Below, piece after piece: positions 28,366 to 38,699 of a stretch of DNA of 64,000 nucleotides. Within the stretch, counting starts at the first letter, position 1. The number at the start of each line of letters is the position of its first letter. Source of the stretch: a virus (Duplodnaviria > Caudoviricetes); IMG/VR virus record IMGVR_UViG_3300037400_004242; one strand, given 5' to 3'. The notes beneath the pieces were generated by a model that worked only from the letters and a program-made list of their open reading frames with translations, was not told the origin of the DNA and ran no database searches. Position numbers and translations under genes: made by a program.

Positions 28366-30798
28366 ATGAATAAACCAGTCTCAGGAAGTAATTATCGTGC
28401 GATGGGTGCTTTCTCAGAGGAATTGAGGGTTTTTGCACAAAAAGACCCAAATATGACAGTTGCAGTTAATGAAGGTTCATTTTATACAGATTCGATGAAG
28501 ATTGTTGAATTTGAAGGTGGGAATACACCAGCAATTAAGGCTCCTGCAACAGGTAATGAATGGGTTGTTATTTGTTTAAATAAGAAGGGAACTTTGGTTG
28601 TTTTGGAAGGTGTTCCAATGGCACAGCCAGACCTCCCAGAAATTCCAAAGAGTTATCTACCACTTGCGGCAATTTATTTAACGGCTATGACGAATAAAAT
28701 TACATCAGATATGGTGTTTGATATTCGTCCATTCTTAGCTTCAGGTGCATATCCAGGCGACCATGCTATGTTAACGAATACGAATATGCCAAATTGTCAT
28801 CCAATTTCAGCAATTACAAATTTACAAGCAGCTTTAGATGATAAGGTAACATATGCAGACCTTGATAAAGTTGCATTAAAGATGGATAATGTAAAAGGAA
28901 CGAATACAGCAACATTTGTTTTAAATCAAGCGCAAACAGGTGAACCAAGTTCAAATGTTGGTATTGCTGTTAACCGTGGTGATGAAGTTAATGTAGGTAT
29001 TCGTTATAATGAAGGATTAGGCGCATGGGAATTTACGAATGACGGTTCTGTGTGGAATCAGTTCATTTCTTCTGTAAATTTGGATGGTTCTTTAAAAGAT
29101 GCTACAGCTTCTATCAAAGGTGTTGCAAAGCTTTCTGTTGAACCAAAGGATGCATTTAATCCAATCGCTGTTGGAGATAATGACCCACGTATTACATCTA
29201 TTGCATTGAAAGCAAATAAAGATGCTGTATATTCTAAATCAGATGTAGATACAATGCTTGCTGATAAAGCAGATGTATCCAATACTTATACTCGTAAATC
29301 TATAGATGACATGCTTGATGGTAAGATGGACATCAATAAGATTTATACTGAAGCACAGATTGATGCTAAATTGTTAGGCAAAGCAAATGTAGGTGATAGC
29401 TATACAAAACCAGAAACGGATTTAGCTATGCTTAAGAAAGCAGATGCAGATGCAGTATATACAAAGACAGATGTAGATAAAATGCTTGCTGATAAAGCAA
29501 ATGTTGCAGATGTTTATACGTCTGCTCAAGTAGATACTTTATTAAATGATAAAGCAAATTCTGCGGATGTATATACACGCGCACAAGTTGATGGTCAGTT
29601 ACTTACAAAAGCTGATACATCTGATGTTTATACGCAGAGTGAAGTTGATAATGCTTTAGCATTAAAGGCAAATGCCGCTGATGTTAACACTAAGAAAGAA
29701 GTATCGGATGCTTTACTTTTGAAAGCGGATAAGACGAATGTTTATAGTATTGCAGATGCTGATGCTAAATTTGCTACAATCTCTGACTATTATAATAAGA
29801 CGGATACAGATTCTGCTCTTAGTTTAAAAGCAAACGTTTCAGATGTTTATCAGAAAACAGATGTTGATACTTTGTTAACGGGTAAGGCAAATGTTTCTGA
29901 TGTTTATACACAAACAGATGTTGATACAAAACTCAATGATAAAGCTGATAAAAGTAAAGTATATACAAAGACAGAAATTGATACAACATTAGGAGATTAT
30001 GAAAAATCTGATGCTGTAGTTGCTCGTCTTGGGAAATATGCAAAGGTTGCAGATGTTTATACAAAGGCTTCCGTTAATACGTTATTGAATGATAAAGCAA
30101 ATTCAACAGATGTTGCAAATGCTTTAAATACAAAGGCTGATAAAGCGCAGTATTATTCTGCGTCTGTTATTGATTCTAAATTAGATGGTTATGTCAAGCA
30201 AAATGACTTTGATGTTTTAAAATCTAAAGTTGTTCAAATTTCGGATGTTTATACAAAAGCTGACATTGATGCTAAATTGTTAGATAAAGGTGATAAAGCT
30301 CAGATTATCAATTTGCTTTCTACAAAAGTTGATGATTCTGATATGGCGGCTTATGTTGAAAAATCTGATTTAACAGCACAACTTTCTAAGTATGCTCCAT
30401 TAACAGTTGTAGATTCAAAGATTGATGCTTCAAAGGTTTATGACAAGACTTATATTGATTCTAATGTTGCATTAAATTCTTCTGTTGATGCTAAATTAGT
30501 TAACTATGCTAAGGTAACGGATGTTGTTACAAAGTCGAATTTGTCTAGTACACTTTCTACTTATGCAAAGGCATCAGATGTAGCATTAAAAGCTAATCAG
30601 ACAGATTTAACTTCTGCTCAGAATGATATTAATGATTTGAAGACTGCACAAGGCAGTATGGCAAAAGCATCTGATTTGGCTAATTATGTAAAGAAAACAG
30701 ATAGTGTTAATAGTGTTGTTCTTACATCTTCTAACGGTAGTAAATTCCGTTTAGTTGTAAGTGATACTGGTGAACTTTCAACGATTAAGATTTCTTAA
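28366..30798 (+). CDS. long virion fibre with 19-aa repeats
   Basis: More than 15 tandem KA(N/D)xxDVYTKx(D/E)VDxxL repeats; fibre-like C-terminus SVVLTSSNGSKFRLVVSDTGEL. Confidence 0.8.
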   Translation: MNKPVSGSNYRAMGAFSEELRVFAQKDPNMTVAVNEGSFYTDSMKIVEFEGGNTPAIKAPATGNEWVVICLNKKGTLVVLEGVPMAQPDLPEIPKSYLPLAAIYLTAMTNKITSDMVFDIRPFLASGAYPGDHAMLTNTNMPNCHPISAITNLQAALDDKVTYADLDKVALKMDNVKGTNTATFVLNQAQTGEPSSNVGIAVNRGDEVNVGIRYNEGLGAWEFTNDGSVWNQFISSVNLDGSLKDATASIKGVAKLSVEPKDAFNPIAVGDNDPRITSIALKANKDAVYSKSDVDTMLADKADVSNTYTRKSIDDMLDGKMDINKIYTEAQIDAKLLGKANVGDSYTKPETDLAMLKKADADAVYTKTDVDKMLADKANVADVYTSAQVDTLLNDKANSADVYTRAQVDGQLLTKADTSDVYTQSEVDNALALKANAADVNTKKEVSDALLLKADKTNVYSIADADAKFATISDYYNKTDTDSALSLKANVSDVYQKTDVDTLLTGKANVSDVYTQTDVDTKLNDKADKSKVYTKTEIDTTLGDYEKSDAVVARLGKYAKVADVYTKASVNTLLNDKANSTDVANALNTKADKAQYYSASVIDSKLDGYVKQNDFDVLKSKVVQISDVYTKADIDAKLLDKGDKAQIINLLSTKVDDSDMAAYVEKSDLTAQLSKYAPLTVVDSKIDASKVYDKTYIDSNVALNSSVDAKLVNYAKVTDVVTKSNLSSTLSTYAKASDVALKANQTDLTSAQNDINDLKTAQGSMAKASDLANYVKKTDSVNSVVLTSSNGSKFRLVVSDTGELSTIKIS

Positions 30799-30816
30799 TA
30801 AATGATATAAATATAG

Positions 30817-30852
30817 AAATAAGCTATTCACAAAAGAATAGCTTATTTTTTT
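30817..30852 (+). terminator. rho-independent terminator
   Basis: aaataagctattc-acaaaa-gaatagcttattttttt. Confidence 0.85.
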
Positions 30853-30923
30853 AATATAATAATCAAAAACGCAACTATATCTTAATTAGAAGATTAATTT
30901 TTATAAAGAGCGGTGAAATAACT

Positions 30924-32672
30924 TTGAGAAAGAATCATAAAACAGTTCAGGCAGGATATAACGGAAACCTTGCTATGAATAGTATTGTGAATAAAAGTGA
31001 TTTGCCAAAAAATGTTCAACGTAGGATGAAAAAAGGCTCAAGGACAGTACGTGCCGCAAGTGGTGCGGTACGTATGGGGAATCCTACATTTTATCAGCCA
31101 TTATTTCAAACAACGAATATGTTGTTGCCAAGAGATAGGCGAGAACGTAATGAATGGTGCAGACATTTTTATCGTACAGAACCAATTATAGCAACGGCAT
31201 TAGATTTACATACAGAATTTCCAATTTCTGATTTAAGTAATGTTTGTAGTGACCCATATATTAAAAGATTTTTTGATTATATGGCTTTTGATAAATTAGA
31301 TTTAATTAATTTGTTATTAGAAATTGGATTAGAATATTGGAAAATAGGAGACGTATTTCCGTTTGGTCAGTTTAATGAATCGGAAGGAATTTGGGAGAAT
31401 TTTACATTATTAAATCCTGATTATGTAAATGTAACATCTTCTATTTTTGCAGATGAACAACAAATTGAATTAATTCCTGATGACCAAATTACAAATATTA
31501 TCGCAGGTGGACCATCAGGTGAATTCGGAGATTTATATCGTCAATTTCCTGATGATATTATTACTCAAGTAAAAATGGGTAAAAATATTCAATTGGATAA
31601 TCGTTTAATTTCTCATATTGCTCATAAAGCTAGTCCTTATGAGACATGGGGAACGCCATTAATGATGCGTTGTTTTAAAACGTTAATTTATAAAGATAAA
31701 TTACGTCAAGCGCAAGATGCTATTGCAAATCGTCATATTATGCCATTACGTGTAGCTAAAATAGGTACACCTGGTGAACCAATGCCAACGCAGGATGATA
31801 TTGATGCATTTCGTGATATTTTAATGGAAGGAGAAGATGACCCTAATTTCTTCTTAGTATATCATTATGGATTATCTTTTGAATATGTAGGTTCTACAGG
31901 AAAAATTCTTCCATTAAATACAGAGTTTGATTTTATTCAGAATGAATTAATGACAGGTTTAGGTATTACGCAAGCCATGTTAAATGGTGATGGTTCTGCA
32001 TATTCAGCGGCAAATGTTGGCGCAGAAGCATTAGCAAGAAGGTATATGGCATATCGTTTGCGGTTGGAATCTTGGATTCGTAATAAAGTATATAAACCAA
32101 TTGCAGAAACGCAAGGATTTTATAAACCTATTAATGGTACAATTGCTCGTCGTTATATGTCTCCAAAAGAATTAAAACGTTCTGCGGCAAATAAAGAAAT
32201 GGAATTAGTGGTTCCGAAAATTCTTTGGCAACATCAAGATTTGACATCAAATCAGACTATTATGTCTTTTATTCAGAGTTTAAGAGATAAAGGATTAGTA
32301 TCTATGACTACGGTTCTTCCGTTGTTAGGATTGGATGCAGAGACTGAAAAACGCAATCTAGAAAGAGAACGTGGTAGCGTATTCGATGAAAATGCTCCTA
32401 AGACAGGTCCACTTCCAAATGAAGGTAAACCTATTATGAATGAATATGAGACAGGCGAAACAATTCGCGAGAATAAACCTTCTAAAGATGAAGAAGAAAG
32501 TGGATATTCAAGCCGTCCTGTTTCTCCAATGTCAAATGAAGCTCCTAGTGTAGGGAATAATCCTGAAGACTTCGGATTGGAAACACATCGTAATGTTCAA
32601 ACATCATTAGATTTAAATAAATATTTTAATCGTCGCGGTTCAAATATTGAAACAAAAAGGATTAAAAAGTGA
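30924..32672 (+). CDS. portal protein
   Basis: 582 aa upstream of the protease and capsid genes; FYRTEPIIATALDLH, YWKIGDVF, WGTPLM, GITQAMLNG typical of large-phage portals. Confidence 0.85.
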   Translation: MRKNHKTVQAGYNGNLAMNSIVNKSDLPKNVQRRMKKGSRTVRAASGAVRMGNPTFYQPLFQTTNMLLPRDRRERNEWCRHFYRTEPIIATALDLHTEFPISDLSNVCSDPYIKRFFDYMAFDKLDLINLLLEIGLEYWKIGDVFPFGQFNESEGIWENFTLLNPDYVNVTSSIFADEQQIELIPDDQITNIIAGGPSGEFGDLYRQFPDDIITQVKMGKNIQLDNRLISHIAHKASPYETWGTPLMMRCFKTLIYKDKLRQAQDAIANRHIMPLRVAKIGTPGEPMPTQDDIDAFRDILMEGEDDPNFFLVYHYGLSFEYVGSTGKILPLNTEFDFIQNELMTGLGITQAMLNGDGSAYSAANVGAEALARRYMAYRLRLESWIRNKVYKPIAETQGFYKPINGTIARRYMSPKELKRSAANKEMELVVPKILWQHQDLTSNQTIMSFIQSLRDKGLVSMTTVLPLLGLDAETEKRNLERERGSVFDENAPKTGPLPNEGKPIMNEYETGETIRENKPSKDEEESGYSSRPVSPMSNEAPSVGNNPEDFGLETHRNVQTSLDLNKYFNRRGSNIETKRIKK

Positions 32673-33337
32673 AGCAAAGACTTTATAATATTTACAAAGG
32701 AATGAAGCGACGCTGTTATAATAAAAACTATGAAGAATACCATAATTATGGCGGTCGTGGAATAAAAATTTGTAAAGAATGGTTAGATAATTTTCAAAAT
32801 TTTTATCGATGGTCTATTCAAAATGGTTACCAGGATAATTTAACGATAGATAGAATAAATGTTGATGGAAATTATGAACCTAAAAATTGCAGATGGGTTG
32901 TAATGAAAGTTCAGCAGAATAATCGTAGAAATAATCATTATGTAATAGACCCATATACAAATGAGAAAATGTCTTTGGCTGAAATATGTGATAAATATCA
33001 TATGCCATATAATTTAGTAAATAATCGTCTTTGGAAAATGCATTGGGATTTAAAACGTGCATTAGAAGAACCTGCTCACAAAAAACACGAATATGTAAAT
33101 GAAAAATTATATAGGATGTATAAAAGAAAAGTTAAAAAGAATTGTTGTGAAGAATGGAAAGATTATTTTATTTTTAAAAAATGGTGTATAGGGCATCATT
33201 ATTGCGAAGAAACTAAAAATCTTTGGAAGAATAATAATGATGTGTACAATCCGAAGAACTGTGAATTCATTTCAGATAAAGAAATGCATATTCGAGCAGG
33301 GAAATTAAGTGCAATTAAAAGGAAGGTAACTACTTAA
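32669..33337 (+). CDS. HNH-type homing endonuclease
   Basis: MKRRCYN...YGGRGIKICKEW...TIDRINVDGNYEPKNCRW. Confidence 0.8.
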   Translation: MKQRLYNIYKGMKRRCYNKNYEEYHNYGGRGIKICKEWLDNFQNFYRWSIQNGYQDNLTIDRINVDGNYEPKNCRWVVMKVQQNNRRNNHYVIDPYTNEKMSLAEICDKYHMPYNLVNNRLWKMHWDLKRALEEPAHKKHEYVNEKLYRMYKRKVKKNCCEEWKDYFIFKKWCIGHHYCEETKNLWKNNNDVYNPKNCEFISDKEMHIRAGKLSAIKRKVTT

Positions 33338-34356
33338 TGGAACATTCTGTAAGAAGTATTTCAAAAGAATTGCAAATACAAATTGAAAATATTTTGAATA
33401 ATAGTTACATTGATGCTCCGTTGTTTGAAAAAGCAGAATCCATTAAAAATGCTTTGTTAAATTGTGTTTCTAGTATAAGTAATTCTGCAAAACAATCTAT
33501 GGATGAAACATATCAAGAATCGAAAGAATATCGTCAATTTATTGATACATATTGTGATTCTCTTGTAGATTGGAAAATGCAGGTATATGTTGTATTAGAA
33601 AAGATAAATAATGAATATCATTCATTTAATAGGAATTTTATTCAAGAATTTATGCAGATTTGTAATCAAGAAATTCAATTTGTGTTTAAAAATTTACAAT
33701 ATATTATTATTCAAGAAAAACAAATACCTGCTAAATTTATATCGCATCATTCAGCTTGTGAAGTCTGTAAGTTTGCAGAACAAAATGAATTTGTAAATAA
33801 AGATTTTTTGTCTTATGATACATGTGATTCTTATTTTGTAAAACAAACGGATATGTTAGAAACAGATAATCTTATATCTAATGATATTCGTATGTATAAT
33901 GTTCCAAAGAAGTTTAAGAAACAAATTGCATCTTTTTATAAGATAGTACATTTAAAATACAAAGATTATATTAAAAATAATGTAAAAATAAAATTTGTAC
34001 AAGAATTTGATTTTGGAGAAAAATATAAAAATATTATAGATTGTATGCAATTCTGTTATGATAGTGAAACGGAAACGAATTACATAAAATTTGAGCCTAA
34101 TAGTTTTCAATATTACATCTTAAAATCTATTTTAAAAACAGGAAATAATTACGACGAAGTAAAAGAAATCTATTATTCTAAAACAAGCAAAGACGTGATT
34201 TTATCAGATGTGAAATTTATTAATTTTTTAGCAGGACAAAGTGCAGAAGATTATTACTATGAAACATTAATCTCATATATTTTGAATCCTGAAAAATTGG
34301 AATCTATAGATAAAGAGATTTATAATTTTTGGTATACAGAAATTGAGAGGGTATAA
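33337..34356 (+). CDS. hypothetical protein (possibly head morphogenesis, gpF-like)
   Basis: 339 aa downstream of portal; HHSACEVC motif. Confidence 0.5.
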   Translation: MEHSVRSISKELQIQIENILNNSYIDAPLFEKAESIKNALLNCVSSISNSAKQSMDETYQESKEYRQFIDTYCDSLVDWKMQVYVVLEKINNEYHSFNRNFIQEFMQICNQEIQFVFKNLQYIIIQEKQIPAKFISHHSACEVCKFAEQNEFVNKDFLSYDTCDSYFVKQTDMLETDNLISNDIRMYNVPKKFKKQIASFYKIVHLKYKDYIKNNVKIKFVQEFDFGEKYKNIIDCMQFCYDSETETNYIKFEPNSFQYYILKSILKTGNNYDEVKEIYYSKTSKDVILSDVKFINFLAGQSAEDYYYETLISYILNPEKLESIDKEIYNFWYTEIERV

Positions 34357-34358
34357 TC

Positions 34359-34673
34359 TTGTATAGCTTTATGATAAAAAAAGATGAAACTGTTTTAGCA
34401 AAAGTTGCTGTTGATGAAAAAACAGATAATATTGGATTCATTGGTAAAACAGATAATAGTTTAAATAAAATATTGAATATGTTAGTAGACATGCCATATT
34501 TGATAGTTACGACCGGAGATAAGATTCATTCATCATATGTACAAATGCATGAAAAAATATCGGTCAAAGATAAAAGATTTTATCAGGTTTTAAAATCACA
34601 ATTAGTACAATATGATTTTACAGAGCCAAAAACATATGATGAACAATATACATTACAAGATATTTTGAATTAA
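34359..34673 (+). CDS. hypothetical protein
   Basis: 104-aa ORF. Confidence 0.55.
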   Translation: MYSFMIKKDETVLAKVAVDEKTDNIGFIGKTDNSLNKILNMLVDMPYLIVTTGDKIHSSYVQMHEKISVKDKRFYQVLKSQLVQYDFTEPKTYDEQYTLQDILN

Positions 34674-34704
34674 AATCTCCGTTTATATAAAGGAGAGAAA
34701 ATTT

Positions 34705-35004
34705 ATGTTTAAACGATTGAGTAATCATGTATCTCCATATACGCATAATGTTGTTACTTCTTTGGTAGATAAACAAGCAACAAGAAAAATGCAAGCAAAT
34801 GATGCGTTATTGCTTGCGAAACAAATTCTTGCAGATTTGCCATTAGTTCCAACAGGTGGATTGACATATAATTTAGCACAGTCTATTCAGTTTGGATTAT
34901 TAGATGAAGTATGCCCAATTGAAGATGCTCATAAACATTGGCAAGATTGCTTAGATGTTGCAGAGAGATATTTAAAAGAAATGAAAATTTGGGAGACATT
35001 TTAA
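34705..35004 (+). CDS. hypothetical protein (MFKRL leader)
   Basis: 99 aa, AAGGAG RBS. Confidence 0.65.
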   Translation: MFKRLSNHVSPYTHNVVTSLVDKQATRKMQANDALLLAKQILADLPLVPTGGLTYNLAQSIQFGLLDEVCPIEDAHKHWQDCLDVAERYLKEMKIWETF

Positions 35005-35027
35005 GTGTATATGGAGTTGACATATAA

Positions 35028-35936
35028 ATGTTAGTAATAAATAATACAAAAGGAAGAATTGAAGATTTTACAGAATTAAAGAATGGATTGATAACATTTT
35101 ATGGCAATTCAAAAGTAGATACTTCCTTATTGAAAGATAGTAAAACATTAGAATCTATTAATCCAAGAACAAAAACAGCAAAAGTTGTCAAGATTGTTCC
35201 TCGTGAAAAAGATTTTATATATATTCGTAATCGTGCAGTATCAGCAGGAAACGTTATAGAACATAAAAGCGGGGAAGTAGAGCTTGTTCCTATTGATGAA
35301 TATTATAATAACTTCCCAAAGTATTCTCAGGTTTGTAGAAATGCAAATTTAAATGGCGATTTTTTTGCTCATGAAGAACTTTTAAAAACATATAAAACAT
35401 TTATTGGTAAGTCTGTTTTTGTTGACCATGTAGATGAAAATGTAGAAGATGCTCGTGGAATTATTTTAGATGCTATTTATAATACAAATGGATATTTCGT
35501 TGAATTATTAGAAGCTATTGATAAAAAGGCTTTTCCACAGCTTGCTTCAGGAATTGAAAAACGTTATATTACAGATACATCTATGGGTTGTCATTGTGAA
35601 TATGCAATTTGTTCCATTTGTGGACATAAAGCATATAGTGACGTAGATATTTGTGAACATGTTTTAAACTACAAAGGTTTAACTTATAATGGTTTGCCAG
35701 TTTTTGAAGATAATCGAGGGGTAGAATTCTTTGAAGATAGTTTGGTTAGTGAAGGTGCAGATGCAGATGCAAAAATTCTTGAACGAGTTGCAGGTAAACA
35801 AAATCGTTCTAATGTGTTTGTTCCTAAATATTATCATAAGCATGAAAATAAATATGTAAATGAAAAAAATCAAAGAACTTTTGATGGAAGAGTTCAATCA
35901 TTAAGCGACCAATTAAAAAATTTACCGTGGTCATAA
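35028..35936 (+). CDS. prohead (capsid maturation) protease with zinc-finger insert
   Basis: NLNGDFF, VFVDH (His), TSMGC (Ser), CSICG...CEH, FFEDSLV..GAD; lies between portal and capsid. Confidence 0.8.
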   Translation: MLVINNTKGRIEDFTELKNGLITFYGNSKVDTSLLKDSKTLESINPRTKTAKVVKIVPREKDFIYIRNRAVSAGNVIEHKSGEVELVPIDEYYNNFPKYSQVCRNANLNGDFFAHEELLKTYKTFIGKSVFVDHVDENVEDARGIILDAIYNTNGYFVELLEAIDKKAFPQLASGIEKRYITDTSMGCHCEYAICSICGHKAYSDVDICEHVLNYKGLTYNGLPVFEDNRGVEFFEDSLVSEGADADAKILERVAGKQNRSNVFVPKYYHKHENKYVNEKNQRTFDGRVQSLSDQLKNLPWS

Positions 35937-35942
35937 TATAAT

Positions 35943-35974
35943 AAAAGAGTATCAATTATTGATACTCTTTTTTT
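35943..35974 (+). terminator. rho-independent terminator
   Basis: aaaagagtatcaat-t-attgatactcttttttt. Confidence 0.85.
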
Positions 35975-35990
35975 GTATGGGAGATATTAT

Positions 35991-37433
35991 ATGGTAAAAA
36001 TATATCAAATTATAGATGTAAACACAAATGAAGTAATTTATGTTGGACAAACAGTACAGACGTTGCAACATAGATTTTCTAGTCACATGAAATACAATAA
36101 AGAACTAATTGAGTATGTTCAAAGAACAAAACATGAAATAAAAATAGAATTAATAAAAGAAGTAAATGATGAAGAGAAATTTATTGAAGAAACACGCTAT
36201 ACAATAGAAGCATATAAAAAGAATAAAAATTTGTTAAATTTAAGATTTGGTCAATTTAGTAAAGAAAAAATACAAAATTATTTAAATTTATCTACAGATG
36301 AAATTTTAAATAGTTTATATCAAATAAAAATGAAATCTTCAAGAAAAGTTAATAAGGAAAAACAATCATTTATATATGTAATATTTGATTGTCCGATTAA
36401 AAAGTATTTGGTTGATAATATTGATAATTTAAATAACCATCAATTGCAAAATATATTTTTATCTTTAATAAAAAAGATTCCAAAAAATATAAATGTCTAT
36501 ATTGGATTTTGTACATGCGATGGAAAGATTTTTGATTCATCTAGTAGTAAAAAGACATATCAAGATAAATTATTACATTCTGATATGATATTAAAAATAT
36601 ATTATAATACATGGAATAACGTTAGAGATATGGCGTTTATTTATGGATTAATTTTATATCAACAAGGCTTTAATTATATTAATACGATGATGGGAAAATA
36701 TCACATAAAATATATTCAGCAAATGATAGATATATTAAAATATCCATCATTGAAAAATTTAATTAAAGATGTTTGTTTTGAAAAAAATAAGAAGTATAGA
36801 ATTGCTATTGCTGAGAATGTTTTAACTAAAGAAAAATATATTTTTAAAACGAAAAACTCCATTGTAAAATCTACAATTCGGTCTTTAGATAATACAGATA
36901 ATATGGATATTCGTAAAAGATATGAGTTATTTAAAACATATGAAATATGTATTTGTAATAATAAAAAAGATGCTATTGAGAAACATTGTTCTATTGTTAA
37001 AGAATATTTAGATAAAGGAGAAAAATTGTATAATAAAAGAATTGGTAACAAATTAACAAAAGAACAAAATGAAAAATTAAATCAATATAGACATGCATCA
37101 TATGAAGCATGGAACAAAGGAAAAAGTTGGTCTGAAGAACATAAAAGAAAATTATCTATATCACATAAAGACCAGAAACCAACAAGAAAATGTATTCAAC
37201 GTTCTATAGAGTGTCATAAAGGAAAAAAGCAAAGTCAAGATACAATTCAAAAAAGAATACAAAGTTTACATAAAAAAGTAAAGTGCATCCCATTAAATAT
37301 GATTTTTGATAGTGCAAGAGAAGCTGGACAAAAATTTGGATTAAAAACGAAAACAATTCAACAAGCAATAAAGCGTGGAACATATTGTGGAGAATATAAT
37401 AATATTAAGTTGAAATGGGAATATGTGAAATGA
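35991..37433 (+). CDS. GIY-YIG homing endonuclease with NUMOD3/NUMOD1-like DNA-binding motifs
   Basis: KIYQI...YVGQT...RF..H; WNKGKSWSEEHKRKLS; IFDSAREA. Confidence 0.75.
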   Translation: MVKIYQIIDVNTNEVIYVGQTVQTLQHRFSSHMKYNKELIEYVQRTKHEIKIELIKEVNDEEKFIEETRYTIEAYKKNKNLLNLRFGQFSKEKIQNYLNLSTDEILNSLYQIKMKSSRKVNKEKQSFIYVIFDCPIKKYLVDNIDNLNNHQLQNIFLSLIKKIPKNINVYIGFCTCDGKIFDSSSSKKTYQDKLLHSDMILKIYYNTWNNVRDMAFIYGLILYQQGFNYINTMMGKYHIKYIQQMIDILKYPSLKNLIKDVCFEKNKKYRIAIAENVLTKEKYIFKTKNSIVKSTIRSLDNTDNMDIRKRYELFKTYEICICNNKKDAIEKHCSIVKEYLDKGEKLYNKRIGNKLTKEQNEKLNQYRHASYEAWNKGKSWSEEHKRKLSISHKDQKPTRKCIQRSIECHKGKKQSQDTIQKRIQSLHKKVKCIPLNMIFDSAREAGQKFGLKTKTIQQAIKRGTYCGEYNNIKLKWEYVK

Positions 37434-37488
37434 TTGTTGCTATATTTATTTTAGATGATAAAATTTTGATATAAAAGAGTTGATATAT

Positions 37489-37983
37489 ATGAAAAAACGC
37501 TTAATTCGTGCAGACGCAACACAATCTATTGAAACAATTATTAAAGATGTTGCTTCTGATGGTAGAGACATTTTGAAGCAATTGGAAAATTTTAAATTTA
37601 AAATGGCTCAATGTGCAAAAATTTCTGTAAATGAAGAAATTAATGATAAAATTAATCAGCAATATGACATGATTGACAAAATTATGGATGGATTATTTGC
37701 TGTGTGTTATGATTTAGAAAATGTTAATTTGGTCCCACAATATAATAATGACCAAATTGATATGAGTAATCAAGATGCTCCTGACTCTGATAATAATTAT
37801 TATGATTTGAATGATGAAATGCCTGCTGATACAACTCCTGATGAAGAAGAGCAACCAGCGGAAGAAGAATCTTCTGAAGAAGAAAACGGAGAAGAAATGG
37901 GTATGAATGAAGAATCAGAAAATAATGAGGAAGAAAATTCTTCAGAGGAAGAAAATACTGAAGAAAGTAATAATAACGAGTAA
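37489..37983 (+). CDS. acidic protein with MKKRLIRA leader, putative head/scaffold-associated
   Basis: Coiled-coil N-terminal half and an E-rich tail. Confidence 0.65.
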   Translation: MKKRLIRADATQSIETIIKDVASDGRDILKQLENFKFKMAQCAKISVNEEINDKINQQYDMIDKIMDGLFAVCYDLENVNLVPQYNNDQIDMSNQDAPDSDNNYYDLNDEMPADTTPDEEEQPAEEESSEEENGEEMGMNEESENNEEENSSEEENTEESNNNE

Positions 37984-38003
37984 ACAGGAAAGGGAAATTC
38001 AAA

Positions 38004-38696
38004 TTGAAACTTAAAATTGTAAAACCAAAACCAAAGTTTTATAGAATTTCTTATGCTATGTTGAAAAATGTTACGCAGAAAAAAGTTCAACCAGCAGAAG
38101 TTCAAAAAAATAATGTAACTGTAAAACAAACGGCAAAATTTGCAGATAAATATGATAAAATTGTTGATGAAGCAGTTCGTAAACATTTAATTGATGAATC
38201 AGATAGAGAAACTAAATTGTTAGAATTAAAATCTTTATCTGATGAAGAATTTAAACAGTATGAACAACAAGTAAATCAAGAAGAAAATATAAATGTTGAT
38301 AATATTGCTGAAAAAGAGCAAGAACAAGATAATATGACAGAAGCAGAAAAAGCTCTTGCTCGTATTCGTAAATCAGGTCCTATTATTGGAGATTTTTCTG
38401 ATGAATCAAATGTCACAGTTGCTAGTACAGGATTTAGTTCATCAGAGAATCGTTCTTTAGCAGATATAAAAGCAAAAAGACAATTAGATGTAAATTCATT
38501 TAATGAAGAAAATTTAATGGATGATGCATTAATGCATTTGGGACAAAAATTACAAAAAAAAGAACAAACCGCGAATGTTAAACCTATGGGGAATTTAAAA
38601 GGTTTGACAAAACCAATTGTTCATGAAAATCAACAATTTAAAAATAATATTTCTGATATATTTAGTAATTTAAATTGGACAATGGGAAGCAGGTAA
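38004..38696 (+). CDS. scaffold-like protein
   Basis: 230 aa, helical and charged, located between protease and capsid genes. Confidence 0.5.
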   Translation: MKLKIVKPKPKFYRISYAMLKNVTQKKVQPAEVQKNNVTVKQTAKFADKYDKIVDEAVRKHLIDESDRETKLLELKSLSDEEFKQYEQQVNQEENINVDNIAEKEQEQDNMTEAEKALARIRKSGPIIGDFSDESNVTVASTGFSSSENRSLADIKAKRQLDVNSFNEENLMDDALMHLGQKLQKKEQTANVKPMGNLKGLTKPIVHENQQFKNNISDIFSNLNWTMGSR

Positions 38697-38699
38697 CAT

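Noticed and set aside
29200-30350. 57-nt periodic repeats that could look like a CRISPR array or a DGR
   Set aside because: They are degenerate in-frame coding repeats of the fibre; there are no identical repeats with unique spacers and no cas or reverse transcriptase gene
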